This document shows positions 56,293 to 64,000 of a stretch of DNA of 64,000 nt, in pieces. The position numbers and the translations under genes were made by a program. Numbering within the stretch: position 1 is the first letter of the stretch; each line of letters begins with the position of its first letter. The notes below the pieces were generated by a model, which saw nothing but the letters and a program-made list of their open reading frames with translations, was not told where the DNA came from and did no database searches. The DNA is from Patescibacteria group bacterium (GTDB lineage Bacteria; Patescibacteriota; Patescibacteriia; Magasanikbacterales; JBBTQS01): assembly GCA_038065555.1 (NCBI GenBank), contig JBBTQS010000001.1, forward strand, positions 467,901 through 531,900, read 5' to 3'.

Positions 56293-57477
56293 TTATTTAG
56301 TGAGGGCGCTGATTCCAGGTAGCGCAGTACCTGAGAGGAATTCGAGCATGGCGCCGCCGCCTGTGCTCACATGACGGATATACTGTACCATATGGTGCCG
56401 ACGAGCTGCATCCACGGTTTCGCCACCGCCTATGACCACGTGCGCGCCACGGCGCGCTGCTGCTCCTACCGCAGCCATGATCGCCAATGTGCCTAGCTGA
56501 TACTCACGTCGCTCAAACATCCCAAGCGGGCCATTCCAAACAATCGTTTGTGCGGTTTCAATAATTTCTCGGTACTGCGCAATCGTGGCTGGTCCAATAT
56601 CATTAATCGACAACGCTTCGTCGGCAAGAGTGTGCGGCCGATGCTCTACGGCAACATGACGCACATGCATCTCATGTGCTTTGCCAACCGCTACGTCTAC
56701 CGGCACGTAGACTTCCTTCTTTTTAGTGAGCGCGAGTGCCTCACGCAGGTAGTCTGTGTCGCAGACAGAATTTCCTACATCGTATTTTTGACTTGCTAAT
56801 ACTGTGTTGGCCACACCACCTCCGAGCAAAATCGCATCGAATTTGGGACCGAGCGCCTCGATAACAGGAAGTTTGGTTTCGATCTTCACGCCACCAATGA
56901 TAAGCACCGCGGGACGCTGCGGTCGGAACACCTGCGAGAGCTCTGCTACTTCACGCTCGAGCTGCAGTCCTGCATAGGACGGGAGATGACGCGTTACGGC
57001 GACTACACTTGCTGCCGCACGATGACACACGGAGAATCCATCGTTCACGTATACATCCCCAAGCGCTGCGAGCTCCTTGCCAAACGTCGCATCATTCTTG
57101 TCCTCCCCTGGATAAAATCGAATATTTTCTAGCACAACGATAGTCCCCGGCTGTTGTGCATCAAGCACGTGCGTAAGCGCGGGTGTTCCAACGCGAGCCG
57201 CAGCAAATGTTACAGAGGCCTTCACAAGCCGACTGAGATGTTCGGCAATCGGTGCAACAGAAAGCGATGTCACGCGCTTGCCCTCAGGTCTACCCAAATG
57301 TGTGAGAACACGAACACGAGCTCCTTGTGTTGTCAGCGCTGTAAGAGTCGCGAGTGCAGCAACAATGCGCGAGTCGTCAGACACGCGCCCCTTCTCCATT
57401 GGCACGTTGAGGTCGAGGCGTACGAGCACGCGGGTGCCGCGGGTAATTCGGGCCTCTTGCATGCGAGCCATTGCCAT
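56293..57477 (-). CDS. pgk: Phosphoglycerate kinase
   Basis: …RVLVRLDLNVPMEKGRVSDDSRIVAALATL…TGGGAMLEFL… The start is taken near MAMARMQEA; the exact start is uncertain within about 15 nt. Confidence 0.93.
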   Translation of the reverse strand: MAMARMQEARITRGTRVLVRLDLNVPMEKGRVSDDSRIVAALATLTALTTQGARVRVLTHLGRPEGKRVTSLSVAPIAEHLSRLVKASVTFAAARVGTPALTHVLDAQQPGTIVVLENIRFYPGEDKNDATFGKELAALGDVYVNDGFSVCHRAAASVVAVTRHLPSYAGLQLEREVAELSQVFRPQRPAVLIIGGVKIETKLPVIEALGPKFDAILLGGGVANTVLASQKYDVGNSVCDTDYLREALALTKKKEVYVPVDVAVGKAHEMHVRHVAVEHRPHTLADEALSINDIGPATIAQYREIIETAQTIVWNGPLGMFERREYQLGTLAIMAAVGAAARRGAHVVIGGGETVDAARRHHMVQYIRHVSTGGGAMLEFLSGTALPGISALTK

Positions 57478-57488
57478 AGCGCGAGAAA

Positions 57489-58982
57489 TTATGAAGCAAG
57501 TTGACGCACTAATTCGTCTTGCAACGCCGTAGCATCTACAGTGCCTGCAGCAGCGCGCATACACTGCCCAACGAAGTACCCCATGAGCGCGACTTTGCCC
57601 GCGCGATACTGCGCCACCTGAGCAGGCGACGCGGCAAGTACTCGTGCAACAATATCTGCAACAGCTCCTGTATCCTGATTTTGTGCCAAACCATTTTGCT
57701 CCATGAGCACATCAGGATCTCCCCCGTTTTCAATAAGAAGATCAAGCAACTTTTGTGCGTTGGTGTTGGTAATCTTGTTGTTGGCAATAAGCGCGAGGAA
57801 TTCTGCAAAATTCTCTGCACTGACGCGCGCAGCAAACTGCGAGATATCCTCAGCACGGTCACGCAACCGACCAATGAGTCGGCTCAATACCCATCCAGAA
57901 ATACGGCGTGCAGTCTCTGCGACTTCTTCACCTTTCACCATCGTGCAATATTCGGAGTACACTTGCTCGGCGTAGCTCCCAAGCGCTTCGTCTGCGCTGA
58001 ATTGCACCGCATCTGCTGCGGTGAATCCATACTCGGTCATGAACCTCGTTCTGCGAGCTGCTGGCAACTCTGGAAGTCGCGTCTGCGCAACGATCGCGTC
58101 GAGTGAAAACGGTGGAATATCTGGTTCGGGGAAATAGCGATAGTCGTGAGCCGCTTCCTTGGTGCGTTGCTCGCGTGTTACCTGGGCTTGGTCATCCCAT
58201 CCGCGCGTTGTCGTAACCATAGGAATAGTTCCAGCCTCCCAAAGCTGCGTCTGGCGTTCGATTTCGAATTGCACTGCACGCTCTACGGCGCGGAATGAAT
58301 TGATGTTCTTCACTTCCGTCTTGGGGTAGAACTGACGCGGACGCCCCGTAGTTGCGTCATACTCCTCTTCTGGGACCAGACTCACATTCACATCGCAGCG
58401 AAGCTGGCCATTCTCCATTTCGGCATCTGAGACATCGAGGTATGTGAGTACCAGACGCAACTCTTGCATGTACGCTTTCGCCTCAGCTGCCGAGTGCATA
58501 TCAGGTTCGCTCACAATCTCAATAAGTGGCGAGCCTGCGCGGTTGAAATCCACTACCGTCTTGTCTCCCTGGTGCCATGACTTGGCTGCATCTTCTTCAA
58601 TATGCAGACGTGTGACACCAATAACGCGCTCGTGCCACTCTTGCCCCTCACCCACCATGATACGAAGTGAGCCGTTCTCGGCGACTGGTCGATCGTATTG
58701 CGTAATTTGGTATCCCTTAGGAAGATCGGGATAAAAATAATTTTTGCGATCAAACTTGGTCGGAGAATTGAGCGTACACCCCAGAGCAAGCCCAGCTCGA
58801 ACAGCAAAAACAATCGCTTGTCGATTGGGCATGGGCAGCGCACCTGGCTGCGCCGTACAAATCGTACAAATCGTGGTGTTGATTGGAGCGTCTGTACGCT
58901 GATTGGGACACGCACAGAACATCTTGCTCGCGGTCTTGAGTTGCGCGTGTACCTCAAGGCCAATAATCGGAATCAGTCGCAT
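57489..58982 (-). CDS. gatB: Asp-tRNA(Asn)/Glu-tRNA(Gln) amidotransferase subunit B
   Basis: MRLIPIIGLEVHAQLKTASKMFCACPN… and a YqeY-like C-terminus. 497 aa. Confidence 0.95.
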   Translation of the reverse strand: MRLIPIIGLEVHAQLKTASKMFCACPNQRTDAPINTTICTICTAQPGALPMPNRQAIVFAVRAGLALGCTLNSPTKFDRKNYFYPDLPKGYQITQYDRPVAENGSLRIMVGEGQEWHERVIGVTRLHIEEDAAKSWHQGDKTVVDFNRAGSPLIEIVSEPDMHSAAEAKAYMQELRLVLTYLDVSDAEMENGQLRCDVNVSLVPEEEYDATTGRPRQFYPKTEVKNINSFRAVERAVQFEIERQTQLWEAGTIPMVTTTRGWDDQAQVTREQRTKEAAHDYRYFPEPDIPPFSLDAIVAQTRLPELPAARRTRFMTEYGFTAADAVQFSADEALGSYAEQVYSEYCTMVKGEEVAETARRISGWVLSRLIGRLRDRAEDISQFAARVSAENFAEFLALIANNKITNTNAQKLLDLLIENGGDPDVLMEQNGLAQNQDTGAVADIVARVLAASPAQVAQYRAGKVALMGYFVGQCMRAAAGTVDATALQDELVRQLAS

Positions 58983-58983
58983 A

Positions 58984-59877
58984 CTATTTCTCCATTGCGA
59001 GCGATCCAGGGGTCACACGGCGAACGGTTGTTGCACCTTCCCCCGTTGTCTCGCGTGCATTCACGTAGAGCGTGTATGCCATGCAGAGGAAAATAGGTGT
59101 CAACACAATGAGCGGAATCATGCTCACCACAATACTCACGAGCGTAACTGTTACTGCTGCGGTAGTAGAACCTTGTTCGATCGCTTCTACCCACGGACTA
59201 AATGCAAGCAACTGCAGTTGCGTGAGCAAGAAGTCTGACGCCAACGAGAACAATACCGCTGCACCAACAAGCACGACGAGTCTCCCCATCATTGCGCGTG
59301 TGCGACCAATAACGAGAGCCCGAGAACGCTTGAAAGCCTGAATACCCTTCATGTTCTCGAGTACCACGACGAATCCGACAAAAAAGAACCAGCATGCAAA
59401 AAGTACTGCAGGAAGAATGTACGCGTAATACCCCGCCTGCAGTGTGATTCCCAGCAAGAACACAACGAAGAAAAGCGATGGTACCATGGTGAACGCATCA
59501 GCGTAGATCGTACGAATATGTTGAATTTGCTCTTCTTCTGGAGTCGAGTGAACGTGCTGTACTGCACGAACCGCGCCCACGAACCAGTAGCAGAGCAATG
59601 CGAACGTCACAAAAACGCCTACAATAGACAATATCCACAAAAATGGCATTCCGAGCGCCGAACGAACGGATTCAAGGAATGGGTACAATGCTGCAAGTCG
59701 AGCACCTGCAGGTGACGCTGTCAAAATCGCAAACCACAAGACAAATACTTGTGCAGCACCTAACAAACTGATGGCAGCAAACACAAGTCCGACGCGCGTC
59801 AGTAGTCGTGCGCCTTTCACATAGAGTTCCCATCCACTTCGGATAATGTCAGGGAACGTCATGAGTCGATGGTTCAT
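58984..59877 (-). CDS. Hypothetical polytopic membrane protein of 297 aa
   Basis: Six to eight hydrophobic helices. Its start overlaps the tmk stop by 4 nt. No family recognised. Confidence 0.55.
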   Translation of the reverse strand: MNHRLMTFPDIIRSGWELYVKGARLLTRVGLVFAAISLLGAAQVFVLWFAILTASPAGARLAALYPFLESVRSALGMPFLWILSIVGVFVTFALLCYWFVGAVRAVQHVHSTPEEEQIQHIRTIYADAFTMVPSLFFVVFLLGITLQAGYYAYILPAVLFACWFFFVGFVVVLENMKGIQAFKRSRALVIGRTRAMMGRLVVLVGAAVLFSLASDFLLTQLQLLAFSPWVEAIEQGSTTAAVTVTLVSIVVSMIPLIVLTPIFLCMAYTLYVNARETTGEGATTVRRVTPGSLAMEK

Positions 59878-60599
59878 AGGTCGACAGTGAGGTATTGCGA
59901 AAGCATTGCTCGCAATTGTGGCTCAAGTATAGCAAGTTCCTGATCTGCGGGGAAGCGATTGATCACGGTGCCGCGGGATTCAAAAAGCGCAGTGAATTCT
60001 GTACTGCGATAGCACGCGTCGAGCTCCTTCTGGAATGCGAGATATTCGAAGATTGCGTTGTCATCCTTTTGTGCCGCGCGAGCTGCGAGGCGTTCCATGC
60101 ATCGCTCCGGTGTGACATCCATGAGCATGAGAACATCCGGTCGATGTGTGAGTGCAAACGCATTCCCCTCTCGCGCTGCAATCTCCGCCATCGACAACTC
60201 GTGATTGTTGTAGCAAGACTGATAGCAAAGCGAAGTGGAAACACCTCTGTCTTGAATCACATGCATCCCACGCGCCATTGCAGGAACAAGCACACGGGTG
60301 TAGAGCACAAGTCTATCGAGGGCAAACGCATCAGCCATTGCAGCTCCGGTGTATGTCCGACCGTTGCGCTGGACCATTTCTTCACGAATTGCAGCGCCAG
60401 TCCACACGTATGTCGGCTCAGCCGAAAGAATGGCAAATGTATCTGCGGGAATCTCGTGGGGCTCAGGATGACGCCCATGCTCTTTCCAAAAATCTTTGAG
60501 AGAAAATACTTGGTATTGTCGTGCTTCAAGCAAATCCTGCCATGTACGCATGATCGTGGATTTGCCCGAACCATCAATACCGTCAATCATGATGAACAT
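59874..60599 (-). CDS. tmk: Thymidylate (dTMP) kinase
   Basis: MFIMIDGIDGSGKST is the P-loop, with a DRGVSTSLCYQ-type LID region. 241 aa. Confidence 0.8.
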   Translation of the reverse strand: MFIMIDGIDGSGKSTIMRTWQDLLEARQYQVFSLKDFWKEHGRHPEPHEIPADTFAILSAEPTYVWTGAAIREEMVQRNGRTYTGAAMADAFALDRLVLYTRVLVPAMARGMHVIQDRGVSTSLCYQSCYNNHELSMAEIAAREGNAFALTHRPDVLMLMDVTPERCMERLAARAAQKDDNAIFEYLAFQKELDACYRSTEFTALFESRGTVINRFPADQELAILEPQLRAMLSQYLTVDL

Positions 60600-60606
60600 A
60601 GGGATG

Positions 60607-61158
60607 TCAGGTTCGTTCTATAAGCGCGTCTAACTGTGCAATGAGTGCTGCGTGTGCTCCATTATTATCAATCTCGATATCTGCAGATGCGGCGACCTGG
60701 CCGATGGTCTGCTCGGTGCTGCGCTCATGCTCCGCCACAAACATATCAAACGTCTTGCTGCGATCGTCCGCATTTTCGTTGCGCGCCTGGATACGTTCGT
60801 ATCGTGTCTCCATCGCTGCCGTAATATGAACGAGAGTGAATCCAGGCAGCTGGCGCAGTATCTCAATATCTTGTGGTCTGCGAATTCCATCAATACAAAT
60901 CACTGAGGCAACATGATCCTTGATCTCTTGGCGGACGACTTCTGCCATCAGATCTTCCCCGAATGCCCCACGAAGTGCCTCAGAAACTCGAATCAGATTA
61001 TCGCGGGTTTGGGGCAAATACAGGCGTGTGAGCACATCACGCAACATCGTCGAATACCGAATAGTTACTGCGCCGTGACGCTCATGCAAATACTGGCACG
61101 CCGTCCCTTTGCCGCTTGCCATCTGTCCAACAAATCCAAAAATTTTCTTGGGTGCCAT
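60607..61158 (-). CDS. P-loop nucleotide/nucleoside kinase family protein (CoaE / dNMP-kinase-like)
   Basis: GFVGQMASGKGT is a Walker A. 183 aa. It is found in a nucleotide-metabolism neighbourhood. The exact substrate cannot be assigned. Confidence 0.55.
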   Translation of the reverse strand: MAPKKIFGFVGQMASGKGTACQYLHERHGAVTIRYSTMLRDVLTRLYLPQTRDNLIRVSEALRGAFGEDLMAEVVRQEIKDHVASVICIDGIRRPQDIEILRQLPGFTLVHITAAMETRYERIQARNENADDRSKTFDMFVAEHERSTEQTIGQVAASADIEIDNNGAHAALIAQLDALIERT

Positions 61159-61189
61159 AGGATATTTTCAGAGAAATCGCACTGATCTC

Positions 61190-61903
61190 TCAAGAAGCAT
61201 ACCGTGCAACAAGGGGGTCATGCAACAGGCAGCTGAGGGCTTTGACTGTTTCGTATGGATCGATAATCGTGTGTACAGTGCCATTGATCGCAACCGTGTC
61301 GCCATCAAACGCAATAGCAACACCCGCAGGATCCTCGACAATACCAGCGAGCAGCAACCCACGACGCAAGAGTGGCCCAACCTCGGGGTGATCCCCTGTA
61401 ATACAAACCTTCGGCACTTCGTGCCAATTCGGACGTGACTGCGGGAGTACTTCGAATTTCTCTGTTGCTTCTTCCACGAGGTACACGCGACTGACTCCTG
61501 CATCAAGCATCGCTGTCCAACACGGTTTGCAGCACCACCAGTGACCATAGAGATACGCATCAGCGCCTGCCAAATCAACCCCTTGCTCCTTCGCACGCTG
61601 TACTGCTGTGGCCTCTGCATGTGGCCCGCGGCATAGTGCGCACAAATCGTATCGCTCGCCGGTTTTGCACCCAATAGCCTTACGTACACAAAAAATTGGC
61701 TGCTCTGTTATTGCTTCGTTATTGCCTGCTTGCGCGAGTACGGCGCCATCACGCACAAATACCGATCCCACACGCCACATGCATCCACGAGCAACTGTTT
61801 CGCTAACGCGACGTGCGTGTTGCATGAATGGATCACTCTCCGGAACATACGCAATACTTCCCTCTTCAGGCAAAAAAGGGAGTGGTTTTGGGGATGTGTA
61901 CAT
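61190..61903 (-). CDS. dCMP/cytidine deaminase-fold zinc enzyme (ComEB/dCMP deaminase-like) with a C-terminal extension
   Basis: HAEATAV … CKPCWTAM gives the H-A-E / C-x-x-C zinc-binding signature of the CDA superfamily. Confidence 0.7.
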   Translation of the reverse strand: MYTSPKPLPFLPEEGSIAYVPESDPFMQHARRVSETVARGCMWRVGSVFVRDGAVLAQAGNNEAITEQPIFCVRKAIGCKTGERYDLCALCRGPHAEATAVQRAKEQGVDLAGADAYLYGHWWCCKPCWTAMLDAGVSRVYLVEEATEKFEVLPQSRPNWHEVPKVCITGDHPEVGPLLRRGLLLAGIVEDPAGVAIAFDGDTVAINGTVHTIIDPYETVKALSCLLHDPLVARYAS

Positions 61904-61912
61904 ATTGTGTTC

Positions 61913-62569
61913 TTACTTCACCTGGAACTGAGATTTGAGTCCGTCGATGTTGCCTGAGCGGATGAAGTCTACTTCTTCTTTGCTATCTGTCTTCGCGCCC
62001 AGACCGTACGGCGTTGCATCCTGATATTTCGCATCTGCTGTTCCATGCTTGGTTGCGTCTTCACGAGACAGCGCGCTGCTGAGACTATGGAATACGAGCT
62101 GACACACACGCTCACCTGGGTACATCTTGATCGCGTGATTGGTACTATTGAATGCTGGAATGATCAAATGTCCGTTATAAAACGCATCAACTACTCCACC
62201 CTCAATAATCAAACCACGACGGATCACCGAACTGCGAGGCGACAACATCGCTGCGTACGTTCCATCATTGAACGTGACCTTCTCGAGTGTGGAAATAATC
62301 ACGAACTCTTTGGGCTGGATTTCGAAACACTGTCCTGGCGAGAGCTTGATCAACTGATAATACTCCTTGGGTTGGGCATACTCGAGATAATCTGCTGCCA
62401 CTCCAATGCGCCCACCAGTCGTGAGCTCTGTGGTCTTGGAAACATAAAAGCTCCACCCTACGCGCAAATCAATAGAGTTAGGCTGCAATTGGAATGAGTC
62501 GAGCGCTGGAGTGAACGCAAGTTTGCCGTCTGTAATATACTGTCGTAATTCTGTGCGGTTGAGAATCAT
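61913..62569 (-). CDS. dcd: dCTP deaminase (dUTPase-fold)
   Basis: …NSIDLRVG… and the beta-rich trimeric dUTPase-like pattern. 218 aa. Confidence 0.8.
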   Translation of the reverse strand: MILNRTELRQYITDGKLAFTPALDSFQLQPNSIDLRVGWSFYVSKTTELTTGGRIGVAADYLEYAQPKEYYQLIKLSPGQCFEIQPKEFVIISTLEKVTFNDGTYAAMLSPRSSVIRRGLIIEGGVVDAFYNGHLIIPAFNSTNHAIKMYPGERVCQLVFHSLSSALSREDATKHGTADAKYQDATPYGLGAKTDSKEEVDFIRSGNIDGLKSQFQVK

Positions 62570-63096
62570 ACGGATTTGATTACCTTGTAGTGCAATGACA
62601 CAACGGTGTCATTGAGCCGTTCGACTGAGAGGAGCTGCAAGCGCGTGTCAGCAGCAAACGGCTGATCCGCTGGCTCTGCAAAGAGCGGCAAACCAGTACC
62701 AAACACAATCGGCTCGACCGTGAGAATCATTTCGTCGATGAGACCTGCCGCGAGAAAGAGTCCATTGATCGTTGCGCCACCTGCAATAATACATTCGGTG
62801 AAACCACGCTGCTCAAGCGACGCAATGATGTCTGCGGGATTTCCTTGCACGAACTCTACTTGATCTGGAATAGATTGCTGTGTGGCTGCGTCGTAGGACA
62901 TAACTACAATCAGACGCTCTGGTAATGGGCGGCCGATTGTTGCATACGTCTTCGCACCCATGATCATGACGCGGGCGCGCTTTGTCACAGACACGAAGAG
63001 TTGCTTGTCCTCTTTGCTGGTCCAATCTGCGAGATGATCTGAGGTCTTGCCGATCTTGCCGTCGGCGGTGATGCACATGAGGAGGGTGACCTTCAT
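62566..63096 (-). CDS. Dihydrofolate reductase-family protein (RibD C-terminal/YwjB-like)
   Basis: MKVTLLMCITADGKIG…MIMGAKTY…IAGGATINGLFLAAGLIDEM. Its end overlaps the dcd start by 4 nt. Confidence 0.7.
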   Translation of the reverse strand: MKVTLLMCITADGKIGKTSDHLADWTSKEDKQLFVSVTKRARVMIMGAKTYATIGRPLPERLIVVMSYDAATQQSIPDQVEFVQGNPADIIASLEQRGFTECIIAGGATINGLFLAAGLIDEMILTVEPIVFGTGLPLFAEPADQPFAADTRLQLLSVERLNDTVVSLHYKVIKSV

Positions 63097-63143
63097 AGTA
63101 GGGGTACTATGCCAAAGAACACACAGTGTTGTAAACTACACCC

Positions 63144-64000
63144 ATGAAATACCCTGGTAAATCACTCCAATGGTCCGGATTGGTTCTCGGATGCGCTGCA
63201 GTGTTGGCTCTGGCTGCGTGGGGCGGATATTGGTACGGAACCAGGCAAACATCGAGCACACCACAATCACAACGCGGGGTATTGTTGCGCACCAACACAG
63301 GTGAGCTCCCCCATATCAATCCACTCCTCATGTGCGAGGTGGCAACGGAGGAAGTAACTGAATTGCTGCCCATCAAAGCAGTGCTCGAAGATCGCGTAGC
63401 AACACTGCGACGCAATAGAGACATCACACAAGCATCACTCTACGTGCGCACGCTCAACAGCGGACGGTGGTTCGAAATTAATCCAGACGAACAGTACACG
63501 CCGGCAAGTTTGCTCAAGACTGCGATGCTTATGGCGTACTTGCGCATTGCTGAAATGCAGCCAGAGATACTCAATGTTTCGATTCCTTTTGTGCCGAAGT
63601 CTGCGGCAACCACGGCTGTTGTTGCCCCCACTACGACGCTCACACCTCGCCAGTCATACACGATTGGTACGTACCTCAATCAACTCATTGTTGAATCTGA
63701 CAACCAAGCTCTTGAGGTTTTGCGTGCGTATCTCGCCGCTCATCATCCAGCAGCACTCGCTCAAACCTACAAAGATCTCGCGCTACCAACTGACAACGAC
63801 CCTACAGCACATTCCATCACGCCGCGGATGTACTCGCGTCTCTTCTCTTTGCTTTACAACGCAACATATCTCGGACGCGAAACATCCGAGGCTGCCATTG
63901 AACTCCTGATCGCCAGCTCATACAAAAAAGGACTCGTCGCAGGCGTTCCAGCGGGCATGAGTGTCGCACACAAATTTGGCGAACGTGCGATTGCAACGCC
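63144..64000 (+). CDS. Membrane-anchored serine hydrolase, class A beta-lactamase / penicillin-binding-like. This is the N-terminal part; the gene runs off the right edge.
   Basis: My own translation from the ATG at about 63144: TM anchor LVLGCAAVLALAAWGGYWYG, then TPASLLKTAM (SxxK), ESDNQA (SDN) and VAHKFGER (KTG-like). It is missing from the ORF track because no stop lies in the window. Confidence 0.6.
   Translation, partial: MKYPGKSLQWSGLVLGCAAVLALAAWGGYWYGTRQTSSTPQSQRGVLLRTNTGELPHINPLLMCEVATEEVTELLPIKAVLEDRVATLRRNRDITQASLYVRTLNSGRWFEINPDEQYTPASLLKTAMLMAYLRIAEMQPEILNVSIPFVPKSAATTAVVAPTTTLTPRQSYTIGTYLNQLIVESDNQALEVLRAYLAAHHPAALAQTYKDLALPTDNDPTAHSITPRMYSRLFSLLYNATYLGRETSEAAIELLIASSYKKGLVAGVPAGMSVAHKFGERAIAT

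Noticed and set aside
1-64000. CRISPR arrays, integrases, transposases or a prophage
   Set aside because: I found no direct-repeat/spacer arrays and no recognisable recombinase or transposase genes in any frame.

Overview
This is a gene-dense bacterial chromosomal segment of about 52-55% GC with no CRISPR array or recognisable mobile element. Its core is a long minus-strand translation cluster running rpsL-rpsG-fusA-tuf-rpsJ-rplC-rplD-rplW-rplB-rpsS-rplV-rpsC-rplP-rpmC-rpsQ-rplN-rplX-rplE-rpsZ-rpsH-rplF-[TlyA-like methyltransferase]-rplR-rpsE-rplO-secY-[122-aa ORF]-adk-[588-aa membrane protein]-map-ruvX-recO-asnS-aspS. No L30 gene sits between rpsE and rplO, and several ribosomal proteins carry low-complexity extensions. 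Together with the compact gene spacing this suggests a reduced-genome lineage, possibly Candidate Phyla Radiation/Patescibacteria-like, but that is inference only. The rest of the window holds housekeeping genes: rpmB, a DEAD-box helicase, corA, rlmI, efp plus epmA, ndk, a tRNA-Pro(GGG), a UvrD/PcrA helicase, tgt, queA, mltG, a sugar-nucleotidyltransferase, gpmI, eno, pgk, gatB, tmk, a dCMP-deaminase-like gene, dcd, a DHFR-family gene and a partial class-A-like serine hydrolase. Interspersed are GC-rich hypothetical or secreted-protein genes, an ECF sigma/anti-sigma pair, and a Memo-like-CapA fusion next to a large membrane-anchored extracellular protein. The most unusual sequence-level signal is a three-copy family of very long hairpins (25-30-bp stems). 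Their ~25-nt apical core (TCCTCCCCGT[A/T]AACTGAGGTCCGG[G]) is conserved while the stems are completely different at each locus. There is also a 156-bp element with perfect 25-bp terminal inverted repeats upstream of the tRNA, and a structured non-coding region ending in a plus-strand intrinsic terminator. Coordinates I derived from my own reading of the text, rather than from the ORF track, may be off by 1-2 nt.
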